Shown: positions 8,382 to 18,172 of the stretch, piece by piece
Layout: each line of letters opens with the position of its first letter
Numbering within the stretch: position 1 is the stretch's first letter
Source of the DNA: a virus
Strand: one strand, 5' to 3'
DNA: 64,000 bases
IMG/VR virus record: IMGVR_UViG_3300040801_004562
Span: 34,253 to 98,252 of that record
Notes under the pieces: generated by a model
The model's input: only the letters and a program-made list of their open reading frames with translations
Told to the model about the DNA's origin: nothing
Database searches by the model: none
Made by a program: the position numbers and the translations under genes

Positions 8382-9115
8382 CGGGAAAAGACGAAAAATC
8401 ACCGCTGGACGGTGTAACCGTTGACGGTGTTTCCGTTGAAGAGTGGCTTGGGAAGAAACGGGTCTCTGAGAAAACCCTTGAAATAGAACGGGAGCGCCGA
8501 GCTGCGGAGAGAATGTCGCGGGGACGGCACCGCCCGTACATGCCCAAAACCAAAGAAGGCGGGCCTCGGGTTGCCCGGAGGGTTGTCCACCTAACCGACA
8601 GACAGATCAGAAAGGAGTATGGCATCATGCAAAAACCGTTTGAAACGAAGGCGGAAAATACGTTGTGGTTGATCTTTGAGCAGGGGCCGGTCACGAGCCG
8701 GGATATCATGGCAGCGCTGCCTTCCCCGACCCAACTGAACTCTTTGACCGCGCTGCTCGCGTCGCTGTGGAAGACTTTGGGGGATTCCGGTGCCAGGATC
8801 ATTGACCGTGAGCGCAGGAATGGGGTGTATTTCTACAGCAAGAAGCCCGGTGTTGACGTGTCCGTAGAATCTGCTGCTGAGAAATACCGAGCGGCCTTGC
8901 GTAGGGAGCGCATTGAACTGAAAGCCTCCCAGGAAATTGACGCGTTGCCTTCTCAGGATCGTCCGGAACCCGATCAGATTGAAGAGCCGCGCCCTGAGCC
9001 CCCCACCGGAAAACCCGTTGCTGATCTGCTGTCCACCGCCTGCCGAAACTACGGTTTGAACGTTACCTTTGGCGGCCGGGTCGAGATCGTCTTCCGTTTT
9101 AAGATTGGAGATTGA
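8378..9115 (+). CDS. winged-helix (BlaI/MecI/CopY-like) DNA-binding protein
   Basis: LIFEQGPVTSRDIMAAL...IIDRERRNGVYFYS resembles the BlaI wHTH. Confidence 0.55.
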   Translation: MTGKDEKSPLDGVTVDGVSVEEWLGKKRVSEKTLEIERERRAAERMSRGRHRPYMPKTKEGGPRVARRVVHLTDRQIRKEYGIMQKPFETKAENTLWLIFEQGPVTSRDIMAALPSPTQLNSLTALLASLWKTLGDSGARIIDRERRNGVYFYSKKPGVDVSVESAAEKYRAALRRERIELKASQEIDALPSQDRPEPDQIEEPRPEPPTGKPVADLLSTACRNYGLNVTFGGRVEIVFRFKIGD

Positions 9116-9116
9116 T

Positions 9117-9374
9117 ATGCTCTTGAAAACCTCGTTTTTCCTGCTGCTTGCTGCTGGGGTTGCGGTTGCCGGGGACATTCGGCCTGATCCCCTCTTGAAA
9201 GATCGACAGTACCAAGTGCGGGATGACCAGGGAAGGACTGTCCAGACGATTCGGAAAGACCCTGTGGTCGATGGGCAGTTCCGAGTTTATGATAAAGACG
9301 GTCGGCTGACCGGGACCATACGGCGGGACGTGCTCTTCCCGGAAAGGATGGTGCAGCGAAATGATCCCAAGTGA
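9117..9374 (+). CDS. small secreted protein
   Basis: N-terminal signal peptide ending AVA; internal YQVRDDQGR/FRVYDKDGR repeat. Confidence 0.65.
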   Translation: MLLKTSFFLLLAAGVAVAGDIRPDPLLKDRQYQVRDDQGRTVQTIRKDPVVDGQFRVYDKDGRLTGTIRRDVLFPERMVQRNDPK

Positions 9375-9858
9375 GACTACAATGATAACCTCCATAGTTG
9401 GGGATGAGGAGACGGTTATGACCGGGACCGAGACCTACCGGATCTTTGGATCCAAGCTCACCCGTGATCAACTGCGCTGCATTTACGAGGGGTGCGCCGG
9501 TCTGAATCTGTACTGGGACTGCCTCCGAAAAGCGTTTATCGTCAAACAGTATCTTGGATTTGGGGTGGTTGTCGCCGGGCGCTGCATGATTCTTAGCGCT
9601 GACGGCTCGTCCTCGTATGGACATTACTGGAACCCACCCTATGAATTCCACGCATGGTGGCAGCCATGGTTCAAACGAGGAATTTCCACGGACATCATTG
9701 ACGTCGCCCTCCCCGGACTGATCCTGAAGGGGAGCAGCAGCCAGGATAAAATTGGCTTCATGCTGACCGGGCGGTCTCCCGTTGTCCTGGCCGGGCCCCA
9801 TGCGGATTGGATGGCCTATGACGGCGCGATCGAGGTTGCGGACGTGGACATCATCTGA
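9361..9858 (+). CDS. hypothetical protein
   Basis: ORF packing; start uncertain. Confidence 0.6.
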   Translation: MIPSETTMITSIVGDEETVMTGTETYRIFGSKLTRDQLRCIYEGCAGLNLYWDCLRKAFIVKQYLGFGVVVAGRCMILSADGSSSYGHYWNPPYEFHAWWQPWFKRGISTDIIDVALPGLILKGSSSQDKIGFMLTGRSPVVLAGPHADWMAYDGAIEVADVDII

Positions 9859-9870
9859 AAGAGGACAGCC

Positions 9871-10044
9871 ATGGACGAGAGAATTGAAAAAGCGAAACGC
9901 ATTCTGAACCAGGGGCTGCGGTCCCAGTTGCTGCGTGGGGATAGGACCCTTCAGCAGTGCTGGCTGATCAGCCTGAACTGCATTGAACGGGCGCTTGAAG
10001 AGCTGAACCAGATTGAAGAGGAGGTGGCGGATGCTGGTGATTGA
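9871..10044 (+). CDS. small hypothetical protein (57 aa)
   Basis: Hand translation MDERIEKAKRILNQ...; SD GAGGA. Confidence 0.55.
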   Translation: MDERIEKAKRILNQGLRSQLLRGDRTLQQCWLISLNCIERALEELNQIEEEVADAGD

Positions 10045-10456
10045 TAACAAGACGGCGGCGGAGATTGAACGACTGTCGGACAAGATGAGCCACATTCTGG
10101 AGCGTGTGGTCTCTCTCGGCCAACTCGACCCGATGGCGAGCGATGGATCTGCCGAGACGGCCATGATGACCTTCGCGGCAGAAATGTACGAGCTTGGAGG
10201 ACAGTCGGATGTACGTCGCGCCTATGAGCTGTTTAAGAACATCGCGAATATGAGAACCGACATCCACATGCTGCGGATTTATCCTGAACTGGTGAAGCTG
10301 CGTAGAATGCTGGACATGTCGGTGCGGAATGAGTTTGGCCCGTATGACGACCCACCTTCTGATGAATGGGTGGGGAAGCGGATCGATGAGTATGAATCCG
10401 CTGTGAAGGAAATCCTAAGAGAGGAAGACATGCTGAAAGGAGAATCGAATGGCTGA
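10031..10456 (+). CDS. hypothetical protein
   Basis: SD GGAGGT; ORF packing. Confidence 0.65.
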   Translation: MLVIDNKTAAEIERLSDKMSHILERVVSLGQLDPMASDGSAETAMMTFAAEMYELGGQSDVRRAYELFKNIANMRTDIHMLRIYPELVKLRRMLDMSVRNEFGPYDDPPSDEWVGKRIDEYESAVKEILREEDMLKGESNG

Positions 10457-10955
10457 AGAACGGTATTCACACGCTGGAAAACTGACGGAGATGCAGCGGA
10501 AGATCCAGAAGGAGAAGGAGGATTTGCTCAAAGGAACGCTGATTGAGGAGACGGTCAACTCGGCTGAATCTGAACCCACTGCAAAGATCGATTCAGAGGA
10601 GACAGTGGTCGGAGAAATGACGAACTGGGAGGTCAGGCTTTACACTGCTTCCACCAGATATCGCAAAATTTCTGACATGATCCAGGTCAAGGTTCGGTGG
10701 GATCCTATCACGGCGGAGGAGAAGGACAAGCTTATGTCGGATGTTTCCATAGCGAACGAAACCGGCAGGACGCTTATGAAGCTCTTGTGGGCAGAGATCA
10801 GACACCGGCTCGACATTGGGGATGTCAATCTCGGGGTCCGTTCCGGGCGTAAGATTGTAACGTTTGAGCGAGATTCCGACGCCACGGAAATTACCGGCAA
10901 CATGAAGGATAAGATGCTCCAGGCGTTATACGAGGCACTCAGACCGAAATCCTGA
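10449..10955 (+). CDS. hypothetical protein
   Basis: SD AAGGAG; overlap with the upstream stop. Confidence 0.7.
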   Translation: MAEERYSHAGKLTEMQRKIQKEKEDLLKGTLIEETVNSAESEPTAKIDSEETVVGEMTNWEVRLYTASTRYRKISDMIQVKVRWDPITAEEKDKLMSDVSIANETGRTLMKLLWAEIRHRLDIGDVNLGVRSGRKIVTFERDSDATEITGNMKDKMLQALYEALRPKS

Positions 10956-10978
10956 TCATCCTATTGCGGAGGCGGAGA

Positions 10979-11467
10979 ATGAAGTTTTCAGTGGAGATCA
11001 ATGTGGACAAAATGAGTTCCGGGATGACTGCTGGAGTGGTTGACCGGCTGCGGTGGCTGGCGGACAGGATTGAATCCACCCTCGATCTGTCTGGGCTGGT
11101 CATTGATCCTGAGCGTGGTGATGAGATTGGAGTGTACGGTGTTGACCGGGCCTGGGCCTGGGGAGGGGACGGGGCCATTGCCATCGAACAGGAGATGCTG
11201 CCTGGGATATTCCGGGGGAGTCTCGGGGTTTCTATCGCCGGGAAGCAGGCGTGGATCTGCATCGACGGTGCCGCAGCCATTCGGTTTTCTTCCCGGCTGC
11301 TCGTCAGCCAAATGATGAAACCAAGACCCCTTAGGACGAACCAACTGCAGGAGCTTTGCTGTGAACTGCTGTCCCTGGTTGACGATGCCGGGCTGAGAGC
11401 CAAAGCTATGGCGGTTCTCGGCCCGACTGCTATGGAGAAGATCAATGCTGCGGTGCCCGAGAAGTGA
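10979..11467 (+). CDS. hypothetical protein
   Basis: SD GGAGG. Confidence 0.6.
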   Translation: MKFSVEINVDKMSSGMTAGVVDRLRWLADRIESTLDLSGLVIDPERGDEIGVYGVDRAWAWGGDGAIAIEQEMLPGIFRGSLGVSIAGKQAWICIDGAAAIRFSSRLLVSQMMKPRPLRTNQLQELCCELLSLVDDAGLRAKAMAVLGPTAMEKINAAVPEK

Positions 11468-11684
11468 GTTTCTGCTGCTCGCGCAAGGAATCCTGTTGGA
11501 GCGTGGCCCTGACCGGAAGGTGTATGTTGGCGATACGCCGGAGGCCAGGGCTGCACTTGAAGCCCACGACCGTGGAGAGACCGTCGCACTGACGGCCGGT
11601 CGATATGGGCGGGTGGTCTCCTATGTCTGCAACGGTGTTGAAACCTACGAGAACCAGAAAGGCGGTGACGATTGGGAGACTTGA
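11445..11684 (+). CDS. hypothetical protein
   Basis: ORF packing. Confidence 0.5.
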   Translation: MLRCPRSEFLLLAQGILLERGPDRKVYVGDTPEARAALEAHDRGETVALTAGRYGRVVSYVCNGVETYENQKGGDDWET

Positions 11685-12136
11685 GGCTGCATCCAAAACT
11701 CGGCGTAAATCCGAAACTGACTTATTGCCCCCGGTGTGGTGGTGAGTCGCGTGAACTGCTTCTGATCGGAATCCACACTGGAATGTACGAGTGCCGGACA
11801 TGCGGAAAGAAATGTCTCGGGTACCCGATGGGAGGACTTTGCCAGGATCCCTCCTGCCGGGCGCATGTCGTGAAGGTTGGGGAGATCGGGGAGAATGACC
11901 GGCTGCCTGCCTCTGAACCTTGTGATGCGTGCAAGGCGGAGATTGCTGAGCACAAGCGGCTGGTTGCGGAAGGAGGGGTTTACTGGCGCTGTCTGAAATG
12001 CGGTAGCGAGGGCGTCATCAAGGACAGTGAGTTTGCTCAGAATATCCGCAAGATGTCGAATCATCCGGCCCCGGAACCTGTCGGGATCGAGTTTAATGGG
12101 CCGCCTCAGTGCCCGACGTGCGTGAAAAACGCTTGA
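11672..12136 (+). CDS. multi-CxxC zinc-finger protein
   Basis: CPRC, CRTC, CDAC, CLKC, CPTC. Confidence 0.75.
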   Translation: MGDLRLHPKLGVNPKLTYCPRCGGESRELLLIGIHTGMYECRTCGKKCLGYPMGGLCQDPSCRAHVVKVGEIGENDRLPASEPCDACKAEIAEHKRLVAEGGVYWRCLKCGSEGVIKDSEFAQNIRKMSNHPAPEPVGIEFNGPPQCPTCVKNA

Positions 12137-12181
12137 CAAAAAATCTTATCTTTGCTAATTAAAAGATAGGAGGATTTTGTT

Positions 12182-12709
12182 ATGCCGAGCTTTAAAGTGA
12201 AAATGCCGAGAAATGAGGCCCTTCCGATTGCCCGTGACCTGCTCGCGGCCCTTGACAGTAAAGGATTTACCCCCCATCTGTGCGGTTCCCTTCGGAGGAA
12301 CTGCCCAGTCATCGGGGATATCGACATCGCGTGTGCCGGTCCCATCTCGGCTGCTGTCTCTTCAATCGTGGAGGGGGTTGACCGGGAGGTTACGGTTTTG
12401 ACCAATATGGATCGGGCACAGAAGGCGGCCACCCTTATTATTGACGGTACCCAGCTCAATCTCTACGTGGCTGAGTATGGGGCGTTCGGCGCCATGATCC
12501 TTTTCCTGACCGGAAACCAGATTTTTAACGTTGTGATCAGAAAACTCGCCAAGAACCAGGGGTACAAATTGAACCAATACGGCCTTTGGCATGGTGTGGA
12601 GCTTTTGGCTGCAAAGACGGAGCGACAGATATTTGATGCACTCGGGATTAAATATCTGGAGCCGGAAGAGCGAACCCTCAATTACGGTGCCCGCCTCGCT
12701 GTGCTATGA
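12182..12709 (+). CDS. minimal family X DNA polymerase (palm and C-terminal subdomain only)
   Basis: GSLRR...GDIDI, FLTGN, LNQYGL, ERQIFDALGIKYLEPEER. Confidence 0.88.
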   Translation: MPSFKVKMPRNEALPIARDLLAALDSKGFTPHLCGSLRRNCPVIGDIDIACAGPISAAVSSIVEGVDREVTVLTNMDRAQKAATLIIDGTQLNLYVAEYGAFGAMILFLTGNQIFNVVIRKLAKNQGYKLNQYGLWHGVELLAAKTERQIFDALGIKYLEPEERTLNYGARLAVL

Positions 12710-12741
12710 AACCAATCAGAATTATAAGGCTTGGAGGAGAG

Positions 12742-13221
12742 ATGAAAAAACAGATTCGAAAGATGAGACTTGGGGAGGAATCGGTCCCCTTGAGAGTACG
12801 GGACTTGTCCACCCTACTGAACCCCCACGCAGACCAGGAGGCGATGGTGAAGAGCCTGAAGGATTCCGAGGTCTCTCTCCTGATCGATGCAGGGGCTGAG
12901 GCCGACGCCATCAGGAAAGAAAAAGATGCCATCGCCAAGGCGGCCAAAGCTCTTTTGAGGGAGCACGCCCGGCTTCATTCCTGGAAGACGCGTGCCGGGA
13001 ACACCGCCACCTGTTCAATCAAACCGTCCACCTCCACGAAAATCGATCCTGTCGCCCTGCTGACCGAAATGAAGCGACAGAATAAGCAGACGCTTTTCGG
13101 AACTGTCTTCTCCGTGCTTGTCGGGAAGGCGAAAGAATACCTCGGACGCGATCTTGTCGATCAGGTTGCTGAAGAGGTGACTGAAGAATACGGATCCGTA
13201 TCTCTCAAGCAGTTGAAGTGA
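12742..13221 (+). CDS. hypothetical protein
   Basis: SD GGAGG. Confidence 0.7.
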   Translation: MKKQIRKMRLGEESVPLRVRDLSTLLNPHADQEAMVKSLKDSEVSLLIDAGAEADAIRKEKDAIAKAAKALLREHARLHSWKTRAGNTATCSIKPSTSTKIDPVALLTEMKRQNKQTLFGTVFSVLVGKAKEYLGRDLVDQVAEEVTEEYGSVSLKQLK

Positions 13222-13235
13222 CCCATTCCCCCAAA

Positions 13236-13272
13236 AGGGCCACGGTTTAAAGTGGCCCTCTCTCCCTCTTTT
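13236..13272 (+). terminator. probable terminator ending the early region
   Basis: AGGGCCAC/GTGGCCCT stem followed by a pyrimidine/T-tract. Confidence 0.6.
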
Positions 13273-13370
13273 GCGTTAAGAAGTCTTAAGTTCCGCCCTT
13301 CTGCTGCCGATCTCTCTGCTTATATGGGGTTGCCCGGTGGTGGGAACAGATTGGTCTCTTAAGACTCATT

Positions 13371-13386
13371 TTGCAAACGTTTGCAA
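13371..13386. promoter_or_regulatory. 16-bp palindrome, copy 4
   Basis: Perfect; upstream of the head operon. Confidence 0.85.
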
Positions 13387-13573
13387 AGATAGACCCCCGA
13401 AAATTCTCGCCCCGGGTTCCCCGAAGAAGGTAGAGCTTTCCTTTTATCCGTATCCAGGGTCCCCACCTCAAGACTTTGAATTGACTCCGGAATCCAACAA
13501 ATAGCTTGACAACTACTCCCAGGTCGTAGGAGTATCTGACCACCTGAAATCTCAACGTTTTGGAGGAGGGTGC

Positions 13574-14176
13574 GTGGAGGAGAAAAAAGCTCGAATCGTC
13601 GTCAAATCCCATGAGAGGCGTCTTGTTTACGGGGAGGTTTATGCCCCACTTCGCGTGGATACCGACGCTGAGGCCATGACTGCTGATGAGATCGAGAAAA
13701 TGGCGCACAACTTCTTGGCGAGTGGACGAACCGATAAGATTGACGTTCAACACGGTTTTAAAGAATCGGGTTGTATGGTGGTGGAATCCTTCATTGCGCG
13801 AAAGGACGACCCTGACGGTTTTGTGGAGGGAGCGTGGGTTTTGGGCGTGAAGGTACTTCCAGATGCCTTGTGGGAAGCCGTTAAGTCCGGGGAGCTTAAC
13901 GGCTTTTCTTTTGCCGGAAATCTGGGGAACAGAATAGAGACCCGATCGGTGGTTATGATGACCCGACGTCTTGAGGGTGAAACGGAAAAGTCTGCCGACT
14001 CCGGTCCCCTCCCTCCCCACGAGCACCACCTTTCCCTTGCCCTTGATCATAACGGCAGAATAATTCCCACGGAGAGTGGGGAGACCCTCGGACACCGGCA
14101 CAATATACGGAAGGCAACTGCGACCGAGCCCGAGTTCGACCATGCCCACCGAATGATTCTGATCCAAAACGAATAG
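13574..14176 (+). CDS. XkdF-like prohead serine protease
   Basis: RLVYGEVYAP...EIEKMAHNFL...IDVQH...GELNGFS; HxH-rich C-terminus. Confidence 0.85.
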   Translation: MEEKKARIVVKSHERRLVYGEVYAPLRVDTDAEAMTADEIEKMAHNFLASGRTDKIDVQHGFKESGCMVVESFIARKDDPDGFVEGAWVLGVKVLPDALWEAVKSGELNGFSFAGNLGNRIETRSVVMMTRRLEGETEKSADSGPLPPHEHHLSLALDHNGRIIPTESGETLGHRHNIRKATATEPEFDHAHRMILIQNE

Positions 14177-14185
14177 GAGGACCCA

Positions 14186-15298
14186 ATGCCGGTACGAGTG
14201 ATTGAGGAGACCGTTGAAAAGGACGTCGCCTTCCTGGAGGACGTTGACGTCAAGTTTGTGTCTCTCGTACGTCACGGCGCCAACCAAATGCCTTTTCGGG
14301 TTTTGAAATCCGAAAAGACGGAAGGAGGTGATCAAGACATGATGGTGGTTCAAAGTATTTTGGTTTCGAAGCATGTTGACCCTTCTGCCTTGCCGGAAAC
14401 GGAAGGGCTGGAATGGTTGTCCGAGGCCAAGATGGATCGAGGACGTGAGTACGAGAGTTACCGGAAGTTTGACCAGACGGACCTGGACGCCTTTGATGAT
14501 TCCACCCTGAAAATGGTGAAGCTGCACGATGACGGGGTTTGGGCGCTCGCCGGGGTTTTGAAGGAGGCCGCCAAGACGGAGAGGGTTCTTACCCTCAACT
14601 CGGCCCAGGCGGTCGCTGCGAACAAGATGCCCGTTCCCCCTCTGGATGAACCGGTACCCCCCACCACTGCTGCGGCGGTGACGTCTTTTCGTGATCTATT
14701 CTATTCGGAGCTGGACAGCATGATTGCGGTCCTCACCGGTGCATTGAACCAGAGCGGTGGGGATATGAAGAAACGCAAGTCCACCGTCCTCAACGCGCTT
14801 GATGCTTTCAGAGCTTTCCTGTCCTTTGGTCTGGATGCTCTGGGCAGCGAGTCAGCAAAAATGGAGGCCCGAGATCCCGTGGCCAAAGAACCCAAGGAGG
14901 TAGAAAAAATGGAATTGTTTAAGACGAAGGAAGAGTTTGCGGAGTCTGTCACTGCCATCCTGACGGAGACGCTCCCCGGACTCATCGACGAGAAGGTAAG
15001 CGAGAAGGTCGAGGCCCTGAAAGCCGCTCTCCAGGAAGAGAAGGCAGCCAAGACCGAGCCTGCCCCTGCTGCGGAACCCACTGCAGCCAAGTCGGATGAC
15101 GACCCGATGGAGAAAATTACCGCTGCGGTCGCCAAACTGACAGAGCGTGTGGACGAGATCGCCCTGAAATGGGACAACGGTCTTGCCACCCAGCCTGCAG
15201 GAAACCGGACTGATGAGGCCGCGACAAGCAAATCCGACAAGACTGAGACGAAGAGGTCTGTCTTTTCCGGACTTCTTGTTCCCGCGCCCCAGGAATGA
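14186..15298 (+). CDS. capsid scaffold/assembly protein (internal in-frame starts at 14339 and 14909)
   Basis: VSLVRHGAN motif; acidic coiled C-terminus; directly before the major capsid gene. Confidence 0.7.
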   Translation: MPVRVIEETVEKDVAFLEDVDVKFVSLVRHGANQMPFRVLKSEKTEGGDQDMMVVQSILVSKHVDPSALPETEGLEWLSEAKMDRGREYESYRKFDQTDLDAFDDSTLKMVKLHDDGVWALAGVLKEAAKTERVLTLNSAQAVAANKMPVPPLDEPVPPTTAAAVTSFRDLFYSELDSMIAVLTGALNQSGGDMKKRKSTVLNALDAFRAFLSFGLDALGSESAKMEARDPVAKEPKEVEKMELFKTKEEFAESVTAILTETLPGLIDEKVSEKVEALKAALQEEKAAKTEPAPAAEPTAAKSDDDPMEKITAAVAKLTERVDEIALKWDNGLATQPAGNRTDEAATSKSDKTETKRSVFSGLLVPAPQE

Positions 15299-15336
15299 TC
15301 ACCCACAACTGATAATTTTTTAGGAGGTAAAAGGCG

Positions 15337-16278
15337 ATGAGCCCGAGTACAAAGACTATCCTGGAGAAGGCCGATATGGCGGTTGCCGATCTGGTTTCCA
15401 ACGGCGGCTACCTGAACCCGATGCAGGCGAACACGTTCATTCGGATGATGATTGAACAGCCCACCCTGCTGAATGAAATCCGCGTGGTTCCTATGAACGC
15501 GCCGACGATGGAGATCAACAAGATCGGCTTTGCCGACCGGATCCTTCGTCGCGCTCCTGCCAGCGGCACCGCCCTTTCTGCAAGTGACCGCAGCAAGCCC
15601 TCCACCGACAAGGTGGAACTCGCGACGAAAGAGATCATCGCCGAGGTGCACATTCCGTACGACGTCCTGGAGGATAACATCGAGACCGGGCGCCTGGAAG
15701 ACACCATCATGGCGCTGATTGCCGAGCGTTCTTCGCTGGACCTGGAAGAGCTGCTTCTTCAAGGCGACCTCGGCTCAGGGGACAGTTACCTTTCCCTGAT
15801 GAACGGGATGCTGAATCAGGCGCAGTCCCACGTTGTCGATTTTGTCTCTGTCCAGCCTACGATCACCAAAGCGGTTTTCAAGGCCGGGCTGAAAACCATG
15901 CCCAACAAGTACCTCCGCAATCGGTCCGCGATGCGTTTCTACGTGTCCCCCCATGCGGAGATTGAGTATGCCGACAGCCTCGCCAACCGTGAAACTCCGT
16001 TCGGCGATACCAAGATCACCGGGTGGACCCCGAACTTTGCGTATGGAGTGCCTGTCAAGGCGGCTGCTTTGATGCCGAATGACAAGTACCTGTTCACATG
16101 GCCGAAGAATTTCATTCTGGGTATCCAGCGGAAGATTATGATCGAGACCGATCGCGACATCCGTGCCCGAGTGCTGATTGTCGTCCTGACCATGCGGATC
16201 GACATCAAGTACGAGGAGGAAGATGCCGTTGTGAAGTGCCTCGGCCTGAATGTTGGTAACGTTTCCACCACAACGTAA
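15337..16278 (+). CDS. major capsid protein (HK97 fold, XkdG/P2-N-like); ends STTT
   Basis: GGYLNPMQANTFI, EVHIPYDVLEDNIE, size and synteny. Confidence 0.92.
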   Translation: MSPSTKTILEKADMAVADLVSNGGYLNPMQANTFIRMMIEQPTLLNEIRVVPMNAPTMEINKIGFADRILRRAPASGTALSASDRSKPSTDKVELATKEIIAEVHIPYDVLEDNIETGRLEDTIMALIAERSSLDLEELLLQGDLGSGDSYLSLMNGMLNQAQSHVVDFVSVQPTITKAVFKAGLKTMPNKYLRNRSAMRFYVSPHAEIEYADSLANRETPFGDTKITGWTPNFAYGVPVKAAALMPNDKYLFTWPKNFILGIQRKIMIETDRDIRARVLIVVLTMRIDIKYEEEDAVVKCLGLNVGNVSTTT

Positions 16279-16301
16279 TTCGCAGTAGCGGAGGTGAATA
16301 G

Positions 16302-16601
16302 ATGTCTTTGCCGAAAGTGACACTGCTCGGAGCCCCTGGAAATACGTACACGATCGCCTACGGTACCGGTACCTATGAGTTCACCGCAGGGGTCACCCGG
16401 AAGGTTCCAGTACCGATCGCCCTCGAAGCGAGAAAACGGAAGACACGGGACGGTCGGCCTATGTTCGACATTTCCATGCCTGCCACCATTCTTGACGAGG
16501 CTCGGGCTGAAACCAAGGTACGGATTCCCAAGAAGGCGAAAGCCGCCAGTGAAAAGCAGACTGCACCGGCAGCGCCTCAACAGACCAAGTTAGAGTTGTA
16601 G
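16302..16601 (+). CDS. hypothetical head-associated protein
   Basis: SD GGAGGT; synteny. Confidence 0.65.
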   Translation: MSLPKVTLLGAPGNTYTIAYGTGTYEFTAGVTRKVPVPIALEARKRKTRDGRPMFDISMPATILDEARAETKVRIPKKAKAASEKQTAPAAPQQTKLEL

Positions 16602-16603
16602 CC

Positions 16604-17191
16604 ATGGCTCTTACCACCCATATCGGCGGGGGCGAATCCGACAGCTTCGTTACAGTTGAAGAGGCTGACGGCATCGTTGATTCCCTCTTTACTGACGCCA
16701 GTTTCTGGGAGGATTTATCGGAAACCCAGAAGGAGCTGCGGCTGCAGTTGGGAGCCCAGTTGCTGGGACATTTCCCGTTGCGGGGGCGTCCGGTATTCAG
16801 GAATCAGCGTCTGTGCTTTCCCCGTGATTGCGTGCCCTACGGACAACGGTTCTCAATCCCTGCTGACGTCAAAAAGGCCCAGGTCTGGCTCGCGGCCGAT
16901 GCTGTTCACCGCGCCCTTTCCTCCCTGCCTGATGCTGAAGCCGGGCTTCCGTCGTTGTACGGCAGGCCGTCGCAGATCTCCCTCGGTGGCCTCCTGTCGG
17001 TTTCTTTTTCCGGGGACTCCACGGCTGGGGGATCTCTCGTCGAGCGGATCGCTGCCTCCCTTCCCTTCACAATCCAGATGCAGATGAAAAAGTATATGGC
17101 CCAGATCCGTGGGGGATCTGTTGGAGAGGAGCGAACTTTGTCCACTACCACAACGGTTTTGGTGACCCCAACGACCACCACGACGATTTAG
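16604..17191 (+). CDS. head-tail adaptor (DnaT-like phage family); ends TPTTTTTI
   Basis: SFVTVEEAD...QRLCFPR...IPADVKKAQ. Confidence 0.8.
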   Translation: MALTTHIGGGESDSFVTVEEADGIVDSLFTDASFWEDLSETQKELRLQLGAQLLGHFPLRGRPVFRNQRLCFPRDCVPYGQRFSIPADVKKAQVWLAADAVHRALSSLPDAEAGLPSLYGRPSQISLGGLLSVSFSGDSTAGGSLVERIAASLPFTIQMQMKKYMAQIRGGSVGEERTLSTTTTVLVTPTTTTTI

Positions 17192-17206
17192 TATGGAGGT
17201 GCTGAA

Positions 17207-17371
17207 ATGACCATTGGAAAAGGTACCGGACGATCCGGCCCCACGATCGGTTCCGGGAAGAGCGCTGGACCGATCGGTTCGAGTAAATCGATACACGGCT
17301 CAGCCCTGACACTCGATCAGGACAAAACAAAAGTCGGGTATCCTCTGACCACCACCACAACCGCCGGTTAA
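17207..17371 (+). CDS. 54-aa Gly/Ser-rich protein ending PLTTTTTAG (missed by ORF track)
   Basis: SD GGAGGT; hand translation MTIGKGTGRSGPTIGSGKSAGPIGSSKSIHGSALTLDQDKTKVGYPLTTTTTAG. Confidence 0.75.
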   Translation: MTIGKGTGRSGPTIGSGKSAGPIGSSKSIHGSALTLDQDKTKVGYPLTTTTTAG

Positions 17372-17384
17372 CCTGGAGCCTGAC

Positions 17385-17765
17385 GTGTCCCTGTTTTCCC
17401 AGATCATCCCCCCGACGAAGTGGGTGGTTTCTCAGCTTCTGTTTGATCAGAACTTTGCAGAAGACGTGACGCTGAGAATCCGTACTGGGCAGGCGTTCGA
17501 CCCGACGGATGGGTTCGTGGTTGATCAATACACGGATTATCCTCTCCGGGCTGTTCGGATGCGGCACACCCAGGAGAGTGTTGGTGTTTCCTCTTCTGAC
17601 GTCGAGATCGGAGACACTCTGTTCTTTTTCGGGATTGATGGTTTCCCTGTGGAGTGCTCAACCAAAGACGTCATCATTGATAGCGACGGTGTTGAATTTG
17701 GGATCAAAGGAATAGATCACATCTTTGCAGTTGCCGTGGCCATTACGGTAGTTGGTGCCCAATGA
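17385..17765 (+). CDS. head closure/joining protein
   Basis: Size, synteny, FDPTDG motif. Confidence 0.65.
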   Translation: MSLFSQIIPPTKWVVSQLLFDQNFAEDVTLRIRTGQAFDPTDGFVVDQYTDYPLRAVRMRHTQESVGVSSSDVEIGDTLFFFGIDGFPVECSTKDVIIDSDGVEFGIKGIDHIFAVAVAITVVGAQ

Positions 17766-18172
17766 TCGAGACGTCGGTAGAAATAGATGGGTTGGCTGTT
17801 GTACTCAGAGCACTGGAGTCCATCCCTGATGCTTTTGCCGCTGGGGTTTTCGACTCGGCCAAGACGTTGCGACTCCTTGCCCAGGGGAGAACCCCATACA
17901 AGACTGGTCACGCGAAGCGAAGCTGGGGAGCGGTAGAGACCGCTGCAGGCGGGTACTCCTTCAAAAACCCTGTTGATTACACGGTGACCCTTGAAGAAGG
18001 TGGCTACCCGAGAGCAGGGCCGAGAACCATTGAAGTTGACGGACAGGTTTACAGCCGACAAGCAGTACGGGGAATTCTGACCCCCCTTGTCAGCCAAGAC
18101 AGAACGTTGACCAGGATTGCCCAACTCATAGCCGACGAGATCGAGCGGGGAATAAACCGTGCAGGAACGTGA
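17762..18172 (+). CDS. HK97 gp10-like tail completion protein
   Basis: TPYKTGHAKRSW...NPVDY..LEEG. Confidence 0.8.
   Translation: MIETSVEIDGLAVVLRALESIPDAFAAGVFDSAKTLRLLAQGRTPYKTGHAKRSWGAVETAAGGYSFKNPVDYTVTLEEGGYPRAGPRTIEVDGQVYSRQAVRGILTPLVSQDRTLTRIAQLIADEIERGINRAGT

Noticed and set aside
13222-13573. tRNA or other known RNA gene in this and the other intergenic gaps
   Set aside because: No cloverleaf or T-loop consensus recognised
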